Shown piece after piece: positions 1-9,572 of a DNA stretch of 64,000 nt (within the stretch, counting starts at the first letter, position 1; each line of letters starts with the position of its first letter). A model generated the notes under the pieces. That model was not told the origin of the DNA. It worked only from the letters and a program-made list of their open reading frames with translations, and did not search any database. Both the position numbers and the translations under genes were made by a program. This DNA comes from an uncultured Verrucomicrobiae bacterium (GTDB lineage: Bacteria; Verrucomicrobiota; Verrucomicrobiia; Chthoniobacterales; JAFAMB01): contig CAWEXO010000005.1 in the NCBI GenBank assembly GCA_963813025.1, positions 1 to 64,000 on the forward strand, given 5' to 3'.

Positions 1-2
1 GC

Positions 3-848
3 GTACTCGATGATCTTCGCACTGGCCGTCAACGTAACTTGGCCGGGCTCGACGTCGAATATGTCCATGGCTCAATCCTTGATCGTGTTATCCTACGCTC
101 GGCGATGCAGGACGTCGACTCTGTATATCACCTTGCCGCATTGGTAAGCGTGCCGGAGTCTATAGAGCAGACTCATGCGTGCGTCGAACTCAACGTCATC
201 GGCTTTCTTAATGTTCTCGAAGCTGCCGCCGCCGCCGGCGTGCGTAAGCTCTGCTTTAGTAGTTCCGCTGCCGTCTATGGAAATAATCCGATTGTGCCGA
301 AACGAGAGGATATGTGCCCGGAGCCGCGCAGCCCGTATGCTGTGACAAAGCTCGACGGCGAATTTTACTGTCGGCAGTTTAGTGAAGCTGGCCGTCTCGA
401 GACGGTAGCATTGCGGTTCTTCAATGTCTTTGGGCCGCGCCAGGATCCAGGTGCAGCGTACGGGGCCGCTATCCCAACGTTTTTTCAAAAAGCGCTCAGC
501 GGCAGATCATTAACCATCTTTGGCGCCGGCACTCAGACGCGGGATTTCATCTTCGTCAAAGACATTGTAGCCGCGCTGGAGTTCGTGACCAACACGCCCG
601 GTCTGACAGGCGTCTTTAACGCTGGTTATGGTGAGCAGATCACGATCCTCGATCTTGCTCAGCGCATCATTGCACTCACAGGTTCGCGTTCCTCGATTCA
701 GTTTGCGCCGGCCCGTGCTGGCGATGTCCAGCACTCGCGAGCTAGTGTCGAGAAGTTGCAAAATGCTGGTTTTCGTCCAACAGGTACGCTGGACATCGGC
801 CTGGAAGAAATGTTTTGTGCGCTGCGTGCCGGCTCGGTTGGCGGTTAG
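3..848 (+). CDS. NAD-dependent epimerase/dehydratase (UDP-glucose 4-epimerase-like), 5' end outside window
   Basis: Frame is open back to the window edge (VLDDLRTG...); HLAA, SSSAAVYG, YAVTK (YxxxK), RFFNVFGPRQ and TRDFIFV motifs of extended SDRs. Confidence 0.93.
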   Translation, partial: VLDDLRTGRQRNLAGLDVEYVHGSILDRVILRSAMQDVDSVYHLAALVSVPESIEQTHACVELNVIGFLNVLEAAAAAGVRKLCFSSSAAVYGNNPIVPKREDMCPEPRSPYAVTKLDGEFYCRQFSEAGRLETVALRFFNVFGPRQDPGAAYGAAIPTFFQKALSGRSLTIFGAGTQTRDFIFVKDIVAALEFVTNTPGLTGVFNAGYGEQITILDLAQRIIALTGSRSSIQFAPARAGDVQHSRASVEKLQNAGFRPTGTLDIGLEEMFCALRAGSVGG

Positions 849-938
849 CCCGCAAAAACACTCCGCGAGAATCGATGAGTTCATTAGAGTTAAAAGGCTC
901 AACAGAACAGTCCGGCGTAGCCGGAGGATTCTGCTGCC

Positions 939-1235
939 CTAGTGCACCGTCTCTCATATGATGGTGCCATCGCCGCAGGTCAGCTGGCTGTTTTTCAAGG
1001 CGCGAGCGAAGCGCCCACATCTGAATCATACGGGTCGAGCGAGCAACGTCGAAAAACAGCCAACTGGCCGCGGCCCAAAGGGTTGCGTTGAAAATGGGTC
1101 GGCGGCTGCGTTGCTCGTCGGTTACGTATCGATTCAGATATGCGACCTCCTACTGCCAGTCCGGCTCGGACCGCCTGGCCGGCGGCCCATTTTGAACGCA
1201 ACGATAGCACGAGTATATGAGAGACGGTGCACTAG
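939..1235. mobile_element. ~297-bp non-autonomous MITE-like element
   Basis: Perfect 21-bp terminal inverted repeat ctagtgcaccgtctctcatat (939-959) / atatgagagacggtgcactag (1215-1235) with CTAG at both ends; two internal hairpin arms; partial copies at 15033 and 56690. Confidence 0.85.
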
Positions 1236-1353
1236 CAGCCAGAGCGCGGGTCATCCTGCGAGGCTATTGTTTGAGAGCAGCGGCTGGCTTTCGTGCTCAA
1301 GCTAAACATCTACGTGTCGATGGTTTTAAGAGATTGCCCAGGCTTTTCGCTTC

Positions 1354-2490
1354 ATGAAGATTGCGTTTCTGACTACTGATAATCGCGAAACTTACCGGCG
1401 CTATGAATTACCGGAGCCATACTTCCACCCTGCTCGCGAAGCTTTGCTTGCCGGGTTTCAAAGCTTTCCTGAACTAGAGGTTCACGTTCTCTCGTGCGTT
1501 CAGCATCCTGTTAAGTCGCCGGAAAAGTTGGCTCCAAACATCTGGTTTCACCCGCTTCATGTGTCAAAATTTGGTTGGCTGCGCACCGGTTACCAAGGCT
1601 GTATCCGCGCCGTTCGCTGGAAGCTCCGCGAACTGCAGCCTGATCTTGTCCACGGTCACGGCACCGAGCGTGATTGCGCGATTAGCTCCGTTCTCAGCGG
1701 CTTCCCAAATATCCTCACGATCCACGGAAACATGCGAATTATTGCGAAGCTGATGCAGGCTCCGCCGTGGTCCTTCCACGGGATCACGGCGACGCTGGAA
1801 CGCTTTACTTTGCCCAGAACCGATGGCGTGGTCTGCATTAGCCGCCACACTCAGCAGGCTGTGAGGACCCTTGCAAAAAAGACATGGCTGATACCAAATG
1901 CGGTTCACCCGGCTTTTTTTCAAACGCAGAATAATCCCATCAATCCGCCGGTATTTGTCTGTATCGCCGATATTACGCCCATAAAGAATCAAGTGTTTCT
2001 CCTTGACGCGCTCGAAGAACTTGCGCGGACGGACGATTTTCGTGTCGTTTTTGCCGGCGGCGTACGGGAGGACCATCCTTACGGAGCTCTTTTTTTACAA
2101 CGAATCAAGTCGGCTCCATGGGCCGAGTATCATGGATTCGTCGATCGCAGCAGACTCATTAAATTGCTCCAGATAGCACGGGCTCTGGTCTTACCCTCAA
2201 GAGAGGATAACTGTCCGATGGTCATTCTTGAAGCAGCTGCTGCCGGAGTTCCGACTCTTGGGGCCGCGGTGGGGGGAATTCCGGAATTAATTCAAGACGG
2301 GCGGACCGGTTTTCTCTTCCAACCAAACGATGCGGTCCGATTCAAAAACTTGGTTCGGGATCTACTCCGAGACGAAAAGATCCTCGAACGGCTGGCTGCC
2401 AACGCGCGAGCGGAAGCGCAAGAGCGATTTTTGCCGCGGGCAATTGCGGAGCAGCACATCGAAGTTTACGATGGTATGATTGCCGGCTAA
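1354..2490 (+). CDS. Glycosyltransferase family 4
   Basis: GT-B features: PDLVHGHG, IPNAV, KN, and LPSREDNCPMVILEAAAAGVP (Ex7E), VGGIPELI. Confidence 0.92.
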   Translation: MKIAFLTTDNRETYRRYELPEPYFHPAREALLAGFQSFPELEVHVLSCVQHPVKSPEKLAPNIWFHPLHVSKFGWLRTGYQGCIRAVRWKLRELQPDLVHGHGTERDCAISSVLSGFPNILTIHGNMRIIAKLMQAPPWSFHGITATLERFTLPRTDGVVCISRHTQQAVRTLAKKTWLIPNAVHPAFFQTQNNPINPPVFVCIADITPIKNQVFLLDALEELARTDDFRVVFAGGVREDHPYGALFLQRIKSAPWAEYHGFVDRSRLIKLLQIARALVLPSREDNCPMVILEAAAAGVPTLGAAVGGIPELIQDGRTGFLFQPNDAVRFKNLVRDLLRDEKILERLAANARAEAQERFLPRAIAEQHIEVYDGMIAG

Positions 2491-2648
2491 GGTTCTGGCA
2501 CGGGTGCGTGCATATTGAATCCTGATCAAGGCCCGGTTTGCGCTCCGGAGTTCCGGAAGCCATGTAGTACTATGTGTTCTTCGGTACAGACCAAAAGGTT
2601 GGACTTGCTGGAATAAATTCCCGCTGGTCGCTGAGTATCGAAACAAAT

Positions 2649-3416
2649 ATGCTGACGAAACCTACTTTTTCCTTTCCCGGGAGTTTTTGCCCGGCCGATG
2701 ACCGGGTGCTGACAATGCTTTCTGGCTGCGCACATTATCGCAGGTCCGATCGGCCGTTGTTTATTTCTGCTTACAATGAGCTCTGCCGGGTCGAGTTAAA
2801 GGGCGCCAGGATATTGGAAGTTTGTTGCGGAGCGGGTGTCTTGGCCCGGGAAGTTGCACGCGCCTTTCCGGAGGCACACGTCGTCGGCTTGGATCGCTAT
2901 CCGGATTCCGGGCAAGCCATCCAGGAAGCCCGCAGCAAGGAGGGTCTAACAAATGTAAGCTATCATCGCGGCAACGCGTTGCAGCTCGATGGATTTCCTG
3001 ATAGCTCCTTGGATTTGGTGTATGGTCAAGCCACTCTGCATCATTTAGCCAATGACTTGGATGCGGTTCGGGTGGAGTTTTCGCGGGTCTTAAAGCCGGG
3101 CGGACGGCTAATTTTCATCAATGAGCCCCTCGGGCACAACTACCTGTGGGCCATCGTCCGCGCCTGCCAGGTTACTCGGGGACGCATGTGGGACGAAAGT
3201 AATCTCTTTCTGGATTTTCTGGAGGATATCGCCAGGGATTTCTCTCGGTGCGAGGTGCAGGTGTTCAACCTGCTGGGTTATCCTTTGAAAGCCTTGGGGC
3301 GTCTAGCTACCCGGCCTTTGGTCGACTACGTGGCCCGTTTGGATTCGGCGCTGATGCGTCGCTACCGCGCCTTCGCGCCGCTGGGAGCGAATTTCAACGT
3401 ATTTTTTTATAAATAG
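2649..3416 (+). CDS. Class I SAM-dependent methyltransferase (alternative start 2574)
   Basis: ILEVCCGAG motif I, DSSLDLV, LHH, RVLKPGGRL. Confidence 0.88.
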   Translation: MLTKPTFSFPGSFCPADDRVLTMLSGCAHYRRSDRPLFISAYNELCRVELKGARILEVCCGAGVLAREVARAFPEAHVVGLDRYPDSGQAIQEARSKEGLTNVSYHRGNALQLDGFPDSSLDLVYGQATLHHLANDLDAVRVEFSRVLKPGGRLIFINEPLGHNYLWAIVRACQVTRGRMWDESNLFLDFLEDIARDFSRCEVQVFNLLGYPLKALGRLATRPLVDYVARLDSALMRRYRAFAPLGANFNVFFYK

Positions 3417-3677
3417 GATTGCTTCTTTGGCGCACCTCGACGCGCGGGCTGGCTTAGGCGCGAAAGCCCGCCTCGAAAGCTGATTTTTCAGGCCCGCGAG
3501 GAAACTTCTCTTCCGATTGCTCCAGCAGGAGAGCCCAATCCGATTCTTTTTTCACTGTGTTCTTCAGTTTGAAACGGAGTGGTCAATTCTAGCTCCGAGC
3601 GCTGGTAATTCCATTGCCAGCAACCGCCGCGTCGTCCTTGTCCGCAAAATCCTTCATTCAGCGGCACTACCGGCCCG

Positions 3678-3704
3678 GGAGAAAAGTTCTTTCCCGATCA
3701 TTGC
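3678..3704 (+). pseudogene. Relic of the 3' end of the SH3 lipoprotein gene 8837-9376
   Basis: ggagaaaagttctttcccgatcattgc matches 9343-9369 ggagaaaggttctttcccgatcatcgc (EKSSFPIIA vs EKGSFPIIA) and lies in the equivalent position upstream of the STAND paralog. Confidence 0.7.
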
Positions 3705-3844
3705 TTCGCTGGTAAAGGAAGATACGATCGGAAGCGCAAGGACAGAGCCAGATTCTGAGCGATCGTTCGTTCGGGTGGCTGCAGAGTTTAACATTCCAAG
3801 AAGTGCATCCGACCTGAATACGTGTAGGAGGTTGGAAAGATAGG

Positions 3845-6800
3845 GTGAAGTCAGCATCTATACCGCAAACTGATCGCGAAATTGCCACGCCGAGACCGCC
3901 GCGCAAAACGCCTTATTTTGAATCGACGCCCTTTCGCGGACTGAATTTCTTTGATTTCGAACACGCGGCGATTTTTTACGGCAGAATCAAAGCCGTTGGA
4001 GAAGTGCTCGATGCGTTGAAAAAACAGGCAAAGGCCTTACAGCGCTTTGTCTTGGTGCTGGGCGACAGTGGTTCGGGAAAGAGTTCTTTGGTTCGAGCCG
4101 GTGTTCTGCCGCTTTTGACCGAGGTTACCACCCTCGAGGGAAGCGGCCCGTGGCGTCGCGCAGTGACCCGACCGGGAGCCGGTGGCGCCGGGTGGGATCC
4201 GCTTGATGGACTTGCCGCTGCCGTTCTCGAACAATCGGCGGTGCCAGAGCTTCGGATTTCAGCGTCGCCCCACGAATGCCGAAATCTAGCCACCGTGCTT
4301 CGAACACATCCGGAGGGCGCCGCACTGCGGGTCAAGCATGCGCTGGATCGTCTCAGTCGGCCGGAGCTCGAGCCTCGCCTGGATGAGCAAGAGAGCGAGT
4401 TGCCCCTGCCACGGAAAGGCGAAGACGCTGAGCTTGCCGGACAGCAGACACTGAGCGGGGTGAAACCGCAGGCGCAGTTCGCGCTGGTCGTGGACCAGTT
4501 GGAGGAGCTCTTTACGAGCGGGTTTCCCTTCGAGCTCCAGCAGCGATACCTCGCCGCTCTCAGTGCTTTGGCTGGTTGCGAACGGGTCTTTGTCATCGCG
4601 ACCTTGCAAAGCGATTTCTTCGCCCGTTACCAACAATCTGTCGGCACAGTCGATTTCCCGGCGTCCCTCAGCACATGCGAGCCTGAGCAGCCAACACCGC
4701 GCGAGATCGGGAAAATGATCCGCTTGCCCGTCGAGGCAGCCGGTCTGCGCTTCGAGCGCGACCCCAAGACGGGACGCAGCCTGGACGAGATCTTGGTGGA
4801 GGCAGCGGCGGCTAGTCCCGAGCCCCTCCCCTTGCTCGAACACCTGCTTTTGCAGTTGTACCACAAACAACGTGAGCGAGAAGACGGTTTTCTATGCTGG
4901 TCTGATTATTACGAATTGGGCGAACTTGAGGGGGCCCTGGCCCATCATGCAGAGAGCGTCTTCTCGATGCTCAAATCGGAGGAACAGGCAGCGCTTGGAT
5001 GCGTGATGGGGCATCTGGTTACGCTCGGCTCGGGCCAGGAAGACGTCGTCAATCCCCGCACCGTCCCTTATCGTGACCTTGTTTCCTGTCCTGGATTGGA
5101 GAATGGCCAACCGGAAGGGGCGAAAGGCCTGGTTGATCGTTTGATCGAAGAAGGACTGTTGCGTGCCGAGACTGGTCCCACCCAAGAGGTGGTTGTCAAC
5201 GTTGCCCACGAGGCGCTTCTGCGGGGATGGCCACGAGTTTGGCAATGGTTTTCTGAGAACCAGGAATTTCTTCGCATGCGCGATCGGCTCGATGCCAACC
5301 TCAAGCTCTGGCTGAGTCGAGGCTGCCAAACCGAGGACTTGCTCGATCCCCGGACCAGCCGTGCTGAAGCGAAGAAATTGGCCAAAGATTTCGGATCCTC
5401 ATTAACTGAGACGGAATTCGACTACATTCAAAAGAGCCTTGCCTACCAAAACCAACGCTGGGGGGTGCGCCGTGCCATCGGGCTGGCAGTTCTCGGAGTG
5501 TTGGCTGTTCTGGCAACCAGTGCGGCGGTTATCTGGCCTCAGGCACGAATCGTGCGCAACGCGACGAAAGCCTATGCGAAACTTCAACACGGGATTGCTC
5601 ACTTGGCACCGGATGCGCACGAGGCGGCAGAGATCCAGCCGAAGAGCCCGGAACAACAAGACGCCGCACTGGTAGCAAAGAAAGCCGAACTTGCCGCAAG
5701 TCAGCGTGACGCGCTGCAGGCCCAGCTCAAGGAAATCGAAGCCCAGACGCGACCGGCCCAAAAGAATACGGACCCCGCCGCAAACCAGCGTGACGCGCTT
5801 CAGACCCAGCTTAGGGACACCCAGGCCAAGGAACAACAGGCCCAAAAGGAAGCCGAGCTTGCCGCCAGCCAGCGCGACGCGCTCCAAACCCAGCTCAAGG
5901 ACACCGAAACCAAGGCCCAACAGGTCCAAAAGAATGCCGAGCTTGCCACAAGCGAGCGAGACGCGCTCCGGGCCCAACTCAAGGACACCGAAAAGGCGCA
6001 ACAGGCCCAAAAGAATACGGAACTTGCCACAACTCAGCGTGACGCGCTTCAAGCCGAGTTAAAGGACGCCGAAACCAAGGTGCAAGCCGCTCAACAAACC
6101 GCCGAGCTTGCCACAAGCCAGCGCGACACGCTCCAAACCCAGCTCAAGGATACCGAAACCAAGGCCCAACAGGCCCAAAAGAATGCCGAGTTTGCCGCCA
6201 GCCAGCGCGAGGCGCTCCAAACCCAGCTCAAGGATACCGAAACCAAGGCCCAACAGGCCCAAAAGAATGCCGACTTAGCCGCCAGCCAGCGCGACGCGCT
6301 CCAAACCCAGCTCAAGGATACCGAAACCAAGGCCCAACAGGTCCAAAAGAATGCCGAGCTTGCCACAACTCAGCGTGACGCGCTCCAAACCCAGCTCAGG
6401 GGCACCGAAACCAAGGCCCAACAGGCCCAAAAGGATGCCGAGTTTGCCGCCAGCCAGCGCGACGCGCTCCAAGCCCAGCTCAAGGAAACCGAGGCCAAGG
6501 CACAACAGGCCCAGAAGGATGCCGAGCTTGCCATACCTCAGCGTGACGCGCTCCAAACCCAGCTCAGGGGCACCGAAACCAAGGCTCAACAGGCCCAGAA
6601 GAATGCCGAGCTTGCCACAACTCAGCGTGACGCGCTCCAAACCCAGCTCAAGGAAACCGAGGCCAAGGCACAACAGGCACAGAAGGATGCCGAGCTTGCC
6701 ACAACTCAGCGTGACGCGCTCCAAACCCAGCTCAGGGGCACCGAAACCAAGGCTCAACAGGCCCAGAAGAATGCCGAGCTTGCCACAACTCAGCGTGACG

Positions 6801-7744
6801 CGCTCCAAACCCAGCTCAAGGATACCGAAACCAAGGCCCAACAGGCCCAAAAAAATGCCGACTTAGCCGCCAGCCAGCGTGACGCGCTCCAAACCCAGCT
6901 CAAGGATACCGAAACCAAGGCCCAACAGGCCCAAAAGAATGCCGACTTAGCCGCCAGCCAGCGTGACGCGCTCCAAACCCAGCTCAGGGGCACCGAAACG
7001 AAGGCCCAAAGGAGTGCCGAGCTCGCCGCAACCCAGCATGACGCGCTCGAGGCCCAGCTCGAGGACGTCGAAGCCAAGGCGCAAAAGAATGCCGACCTGG
7101 CCGCAACCGAGCGAAGCGGGCTGGAAACCCGGCTGAACAAGGCCGAAGAGAGGGCGCAAACGGCAGAAAAGAATGTCGACCTTGTTACAAATCAGCGCAG
7201 CGTTCTGGAAACCCAGCTGAAGAAAGAAGAGGAGCAATTGCGGGCAGCGACACAGAATGGCGTTTTGGTTCAGACGCAGCCTCGCGTTGCCGAGTCCCCC
7301 GTGACAAACGGGGAGCCGGCCCAAAAGAGTGCCGACCTCACCGCAGACCAACCTAAATTCGAACAAACTCAACCACCAGATGCCCATGGCGGGCCGGCCG
7401 CTTTAACTCAACCGTCGAATGCGTCACCCCAGTCCGCCGCAACGCCCGCAAACTCCGAGTCGGCACCCGGCGGGACTCCATCTGCCGTGGAGATTCCGGA
7501 CGAAGAGCACAACGCGACAGGTTCGGACGAAAGTACACTTCGATCGCCGCCGAAGTCGCCCCGGCCCCAAAAGAGGAGCCATTCAGGGGAGCTAAAGAGC
7601 GCACGCAACGTTCCCAAATCAAGCAGAGCCAAGCGGCTGTCCGACCACCAACTCCGTCAGCCGCCGACTCCGTTGGGTCGACTGCTCCTGAAGCTTAAGG
7701 CAAAACTCAAAGCGATAACGACACCAGCGTCTTCTAACCCTTGA
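3845..7744 (+). CDS. nSTAND1-family P-loop NTPase + TM helix + 28-aa-repeat coiled coil + low-complexity basic tail
   Basis: PFRGL..F..F.GR, Walker A GDSGSGKSSLVRAG, Walker B LVVDQLEELFT, LPLL, AHEALLRGWPR; TM AIGLAVLGVLAVLATSAAVIW; ~19 repeats. Confidence 0.85.
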   Translation: MKSASIPQTDREIATPRPPRKTPYFESTPFRGLNFFDFEHAAIFYGRIKAVGEVLDALKKQAKALQRFVLVLGDSGSGKSSLVRAGVLPLLTEVTTLEGSGPWRRAVTRPGAGGAGWDPLDGLAAAVLEQSAVPELRISASPHECRNLATVLRTHPEGAALRVKHALDRLSRPELEPRLDEQESELPLPRKGEDAELAGQQTLSGVKPQAQFALVVDQLEELFTSGFPFELQQRYLAALSALAGCERVFVIATLQSDFFARYQQSVGTVDFPASLSTCEPEQPTPREIGKMIRLPVEAAGLRFERDPKTGRSLDEILVEAAAASPEPLPLLEHLLLQLYHKQREREDGFLCWSDYYELGELEGALAHHAESVFSMLKSEEQAALGCVMGHLVTLGSGQEDVVNPRTVPYRDLVSCPGLENGQPEGAKGLVDRLIEEGLLRAETGPTQEVVVNVAHEALLRGWPRVWQWFSENQEFLRMRDRLDANLKLWLSRGCQTEDLLDPRTSRAEAKKLAKDFGSSLTETEFDYIQKSLAYQNQRWGVRRAIGLAVLGVLAVLATSAAVIWPQARIVRNATKAYAKLQHGIAHLAPDAHEAAEIQPKSPEQQDAALVAKKAELAASQRDALQAQLKEIEAQTRPAQKNTDPAANQRDALQTQLRDTQAKEQQAQKEAELAASQRDALQTQLKDTETKAQQVQKNAELATSERDALRAQLKDTEKAQQAQKNTELATTQRDALQAELKDAETKVQAAQQTAELATSQRDTLQTQLKDTETKAQQAQKNAEFAASQREALQTQLKDTETKAQQAQKNADLAASQRDALQTQLKDTETKAQQVQKNAELATTQRDALQTQLRGTETKAQQAQKDAEFAASQRDALQAQLKETEAKAQQAQKDAELAIPQRDALQTQLRGTETKAQQAQKNAELATTQRDALQTQLKETEAKAQQAQKDAELATTQRDALQTQLRGTETKAQQAQKNAELATTQRDALQTQLKDTETKAQQAQKNADLAASQRDALQTQLKDTETKAQQAQKNADLAASQRDALQTQLRGTETKAQRSAELAATQHDALEAQLEDVEAKAQKNADLAATERSGLETRLNKAEERAQTAEKNVDLVTNQRSVLETQLKKEEEQLRAATQNGVLVQTQPRVAESPVTNGEPAQKSADLTADQPKFEQTQPPDAHGGPAALTQPSNASPQSAATPANSESAPGGTPSAVEIPDEEHNATGSDESTLRSPPKSPRPQKRSHSGELKSARNVPKSSRAKRLSDHQLRQPPTPLGRLLLKLKAKLKAITTPASSNP
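5684..7258 (+). repeat. Intragenic 84-bp tandem array (~16 conserved + 3 degenerate units)
   Basis: Consensus peptide AELAASQRDALQTQLKDTETKAQQAQKN, equal to four heptads. Confidence 0.95.
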
Positions 7745-7950
7745 CCCTGAGCCCAGACGGATAAGCCAATGATTGACTAGCGAAGAACGCAACGTGGCAT
7801 TGCGGTCGAACGAGCTTACGCCGAGCTCCGCAACCAATCCTTCTCGTGCTCCTGCATGAATCGCACTGGACCTCTCCCGTGTCCGTGTTTTTCGGAGGAA
7901 GTACACCTGCTCACTCCCGCTTGGCGGATTTATCCAAGATGTAAAGCTGG

Positions 7951-8622
7951 CTAAGAGCGCTGGCGAACCGTTCCCATAAAGTCAAACTGGCTAACCGCTA
8001 ACGGTAAAGGCGCAGTCGTTGCGACCGCCGCGGCAAAACCGTCCATGGTTTTAAGCGGTCGAACGGGCAGGTCATCAGCGTCGATGCTGGTCGGACTTAA
8101 ACTAAAGCCGGTACCGAGCGCCTTCAGGTACGCCTCTTTGGCCGCCCAGGTTGCAAAGAACTTCAATCGTTGGGCATCACTCGGCATTGTGTAAAATTGC
8201 TTCAGTTCGCGCGCCGAAAACACGTCGCCCGCGACATCAACTACGGAAAAATCGTACCGAATCGCTTCAACATCTACGCCAACCGGATCGCCCTGCGTCA
8301 CCGCTATCAATCCAATGTGGCGCGAATGAGAAACATTGAACTCGAGAGGAGCGGGTAACTCTTTCAACGCAGGCTTCCCCTGGGCGCTAAAGACGAATTC
8401 CAGCGACTCTGGCGATGCGCCAAGGTAGCCGCCAAGGATTCTGCGGAGGCTTGAGCGGCATACACCGAACTGAACCCCATCGCGTTTAAAATGAAAGCGT
8501 TTAACATGCTCTCGCTCTTCCGAGGACAGCGTCAGAAAATATGGCCCAGGAGCGAGAAGATCGATATCGATATGCCAGATGTGCACCTCGCCCCTCCCCA
8601 GCGTTGGCCACTTTGTTCGCAT
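7951..8622 (-). CDS. Sfp-type 4'-phosphopantetheinyl transferase
   Basis: GKPAL, FNVSHS, VGVDVE, WAAKEAYLKALGTG motifs; near NRPS genes. Confidence 0.93.
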   Translation of the reverse strand: MRTKWPTLGRGEVHIWHIDIDLLAPGPYFLTLSSEEREHVKRFHFKRDGVQFGVCRSSLRRILGGYLGASPESLEFVFSAQGKPALKELPAPLEFNVSHSRHIGLIAVTQGDPVGVDVEAIRYDFSVVDVAGDVFSARELKQFYTMPSDAQRLKFFATWAAKEAYLKALGTGFSLSPTSIDADDLPVRPLKTMDGFAAAVATTAPLPLAVSQFDFMGTVRQRS

Positions 8623-8836
8623 TTTCAGTCCGGCTCCCGCAAAGATCTTCGGCTGGTTTCATTTCTCGATCAACGCGCATCCGGCGGATTCACCGACAAG
8701 AAAAGAGCGTTGCTAAAGGACTGATGAACGTTATAGTGCCGACCTCAATGAAGTAACGATCGGAGGATGCGGGCCGCTACGGCGTCGGGTTTTAGCCGGT
8801 CGAACGGCTCTTTCCTTGAATCCCTGACTCAGAGGT

Positions 8837-9376
8837 ATGCGAGCGATTCTTTTCCCAACGTTAATTCTGTTCAGTGCTGCGACGGTCTTCAGCGCATGCC
8901 AGAGCCGAAAAGCGAACGCAAGCGCCGCGGCTCATGCCAACATCGCATCAGCTAACAGCGGAGATCTTCGGGTAGCAGTTCGGGACGACGTTGGCGTATA
9001 CCAGTATGGTCCACAGCAGCTGACCAAGCCGAACACGACTCTGAACAAGGGAGACTTGGTGCGAGTCGTTCGGAAAGGGTTTGGCTATACCCTGGTTGAG
9101 ACCGCCGAAGGAAAACGACTAGGCTGGGTAGCAAGTGAAGACCTTGGCGCCGCCCCGCCCGAAAGGACCCCGGACCAGCCTGCGGCGGTGGATAACAGCA
9201 TTCCCATTCCCGCTCCCGTTGGCATGGCTCCTACCGAGGCGCCGCCTCAAGGCACAAACGAGAATTCTGCCGCCGGGGCACCGTCTCCTGTGCAAACCCC
9301 GAACAATCTGGACGAGCAAAAGCCGCTCCCGGCGGTGTCGCCGGAGAAAGGTTCTTTCCCGATCATCGCGCCGTGA
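8837..9376 (+). CDS. Predicted lipoprotein with SH3b-like domain and Pro-rich tail
   Basis: Signal peptide ending VFSAC; LNKGDLVRVVRKGFGYTLVE...GWVASEDL; paralog at 56838-57200. Confidence 0.75.
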   Translation: MRAILFPTLILFSAATVFSACQSRKANASAAAHANIASANSGDLRVAVRDDVGVYQYGPQQLTKPNTTLNKGDLVRVVRKGFGYTLVETAEGKRLGWVASEDLGAAPPERTPDQPAAVDNSIPIPAPVGMAPTEAPPQGTNENSAAGAPSPVQTPNNLDEQKPLPAVSPEKGSFPIIAP

Positions 9377-9572
9377 CGCCGCGAGTTGGGGCGTCGCACC
9401 GATAAAGCGCACTGGATATTTTTAATTTCTCAGGAGGAGAAAAGCCACATCGGCTACAGAAATGCCGGCGACATCCGTCTTATTACGTGAGCGGTCGACG
9501 TTCGGTGGCTGTAGAGTTTAACATTCCAATAAGTGGATCCGATCCGATGCGCTTAGGAGCTGGAAAAATAGG

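Noticed and set aside
958..1305. ORFs inside the MITE as a transposase
   Set aside because: Too short, with no DDE or HUH motifs
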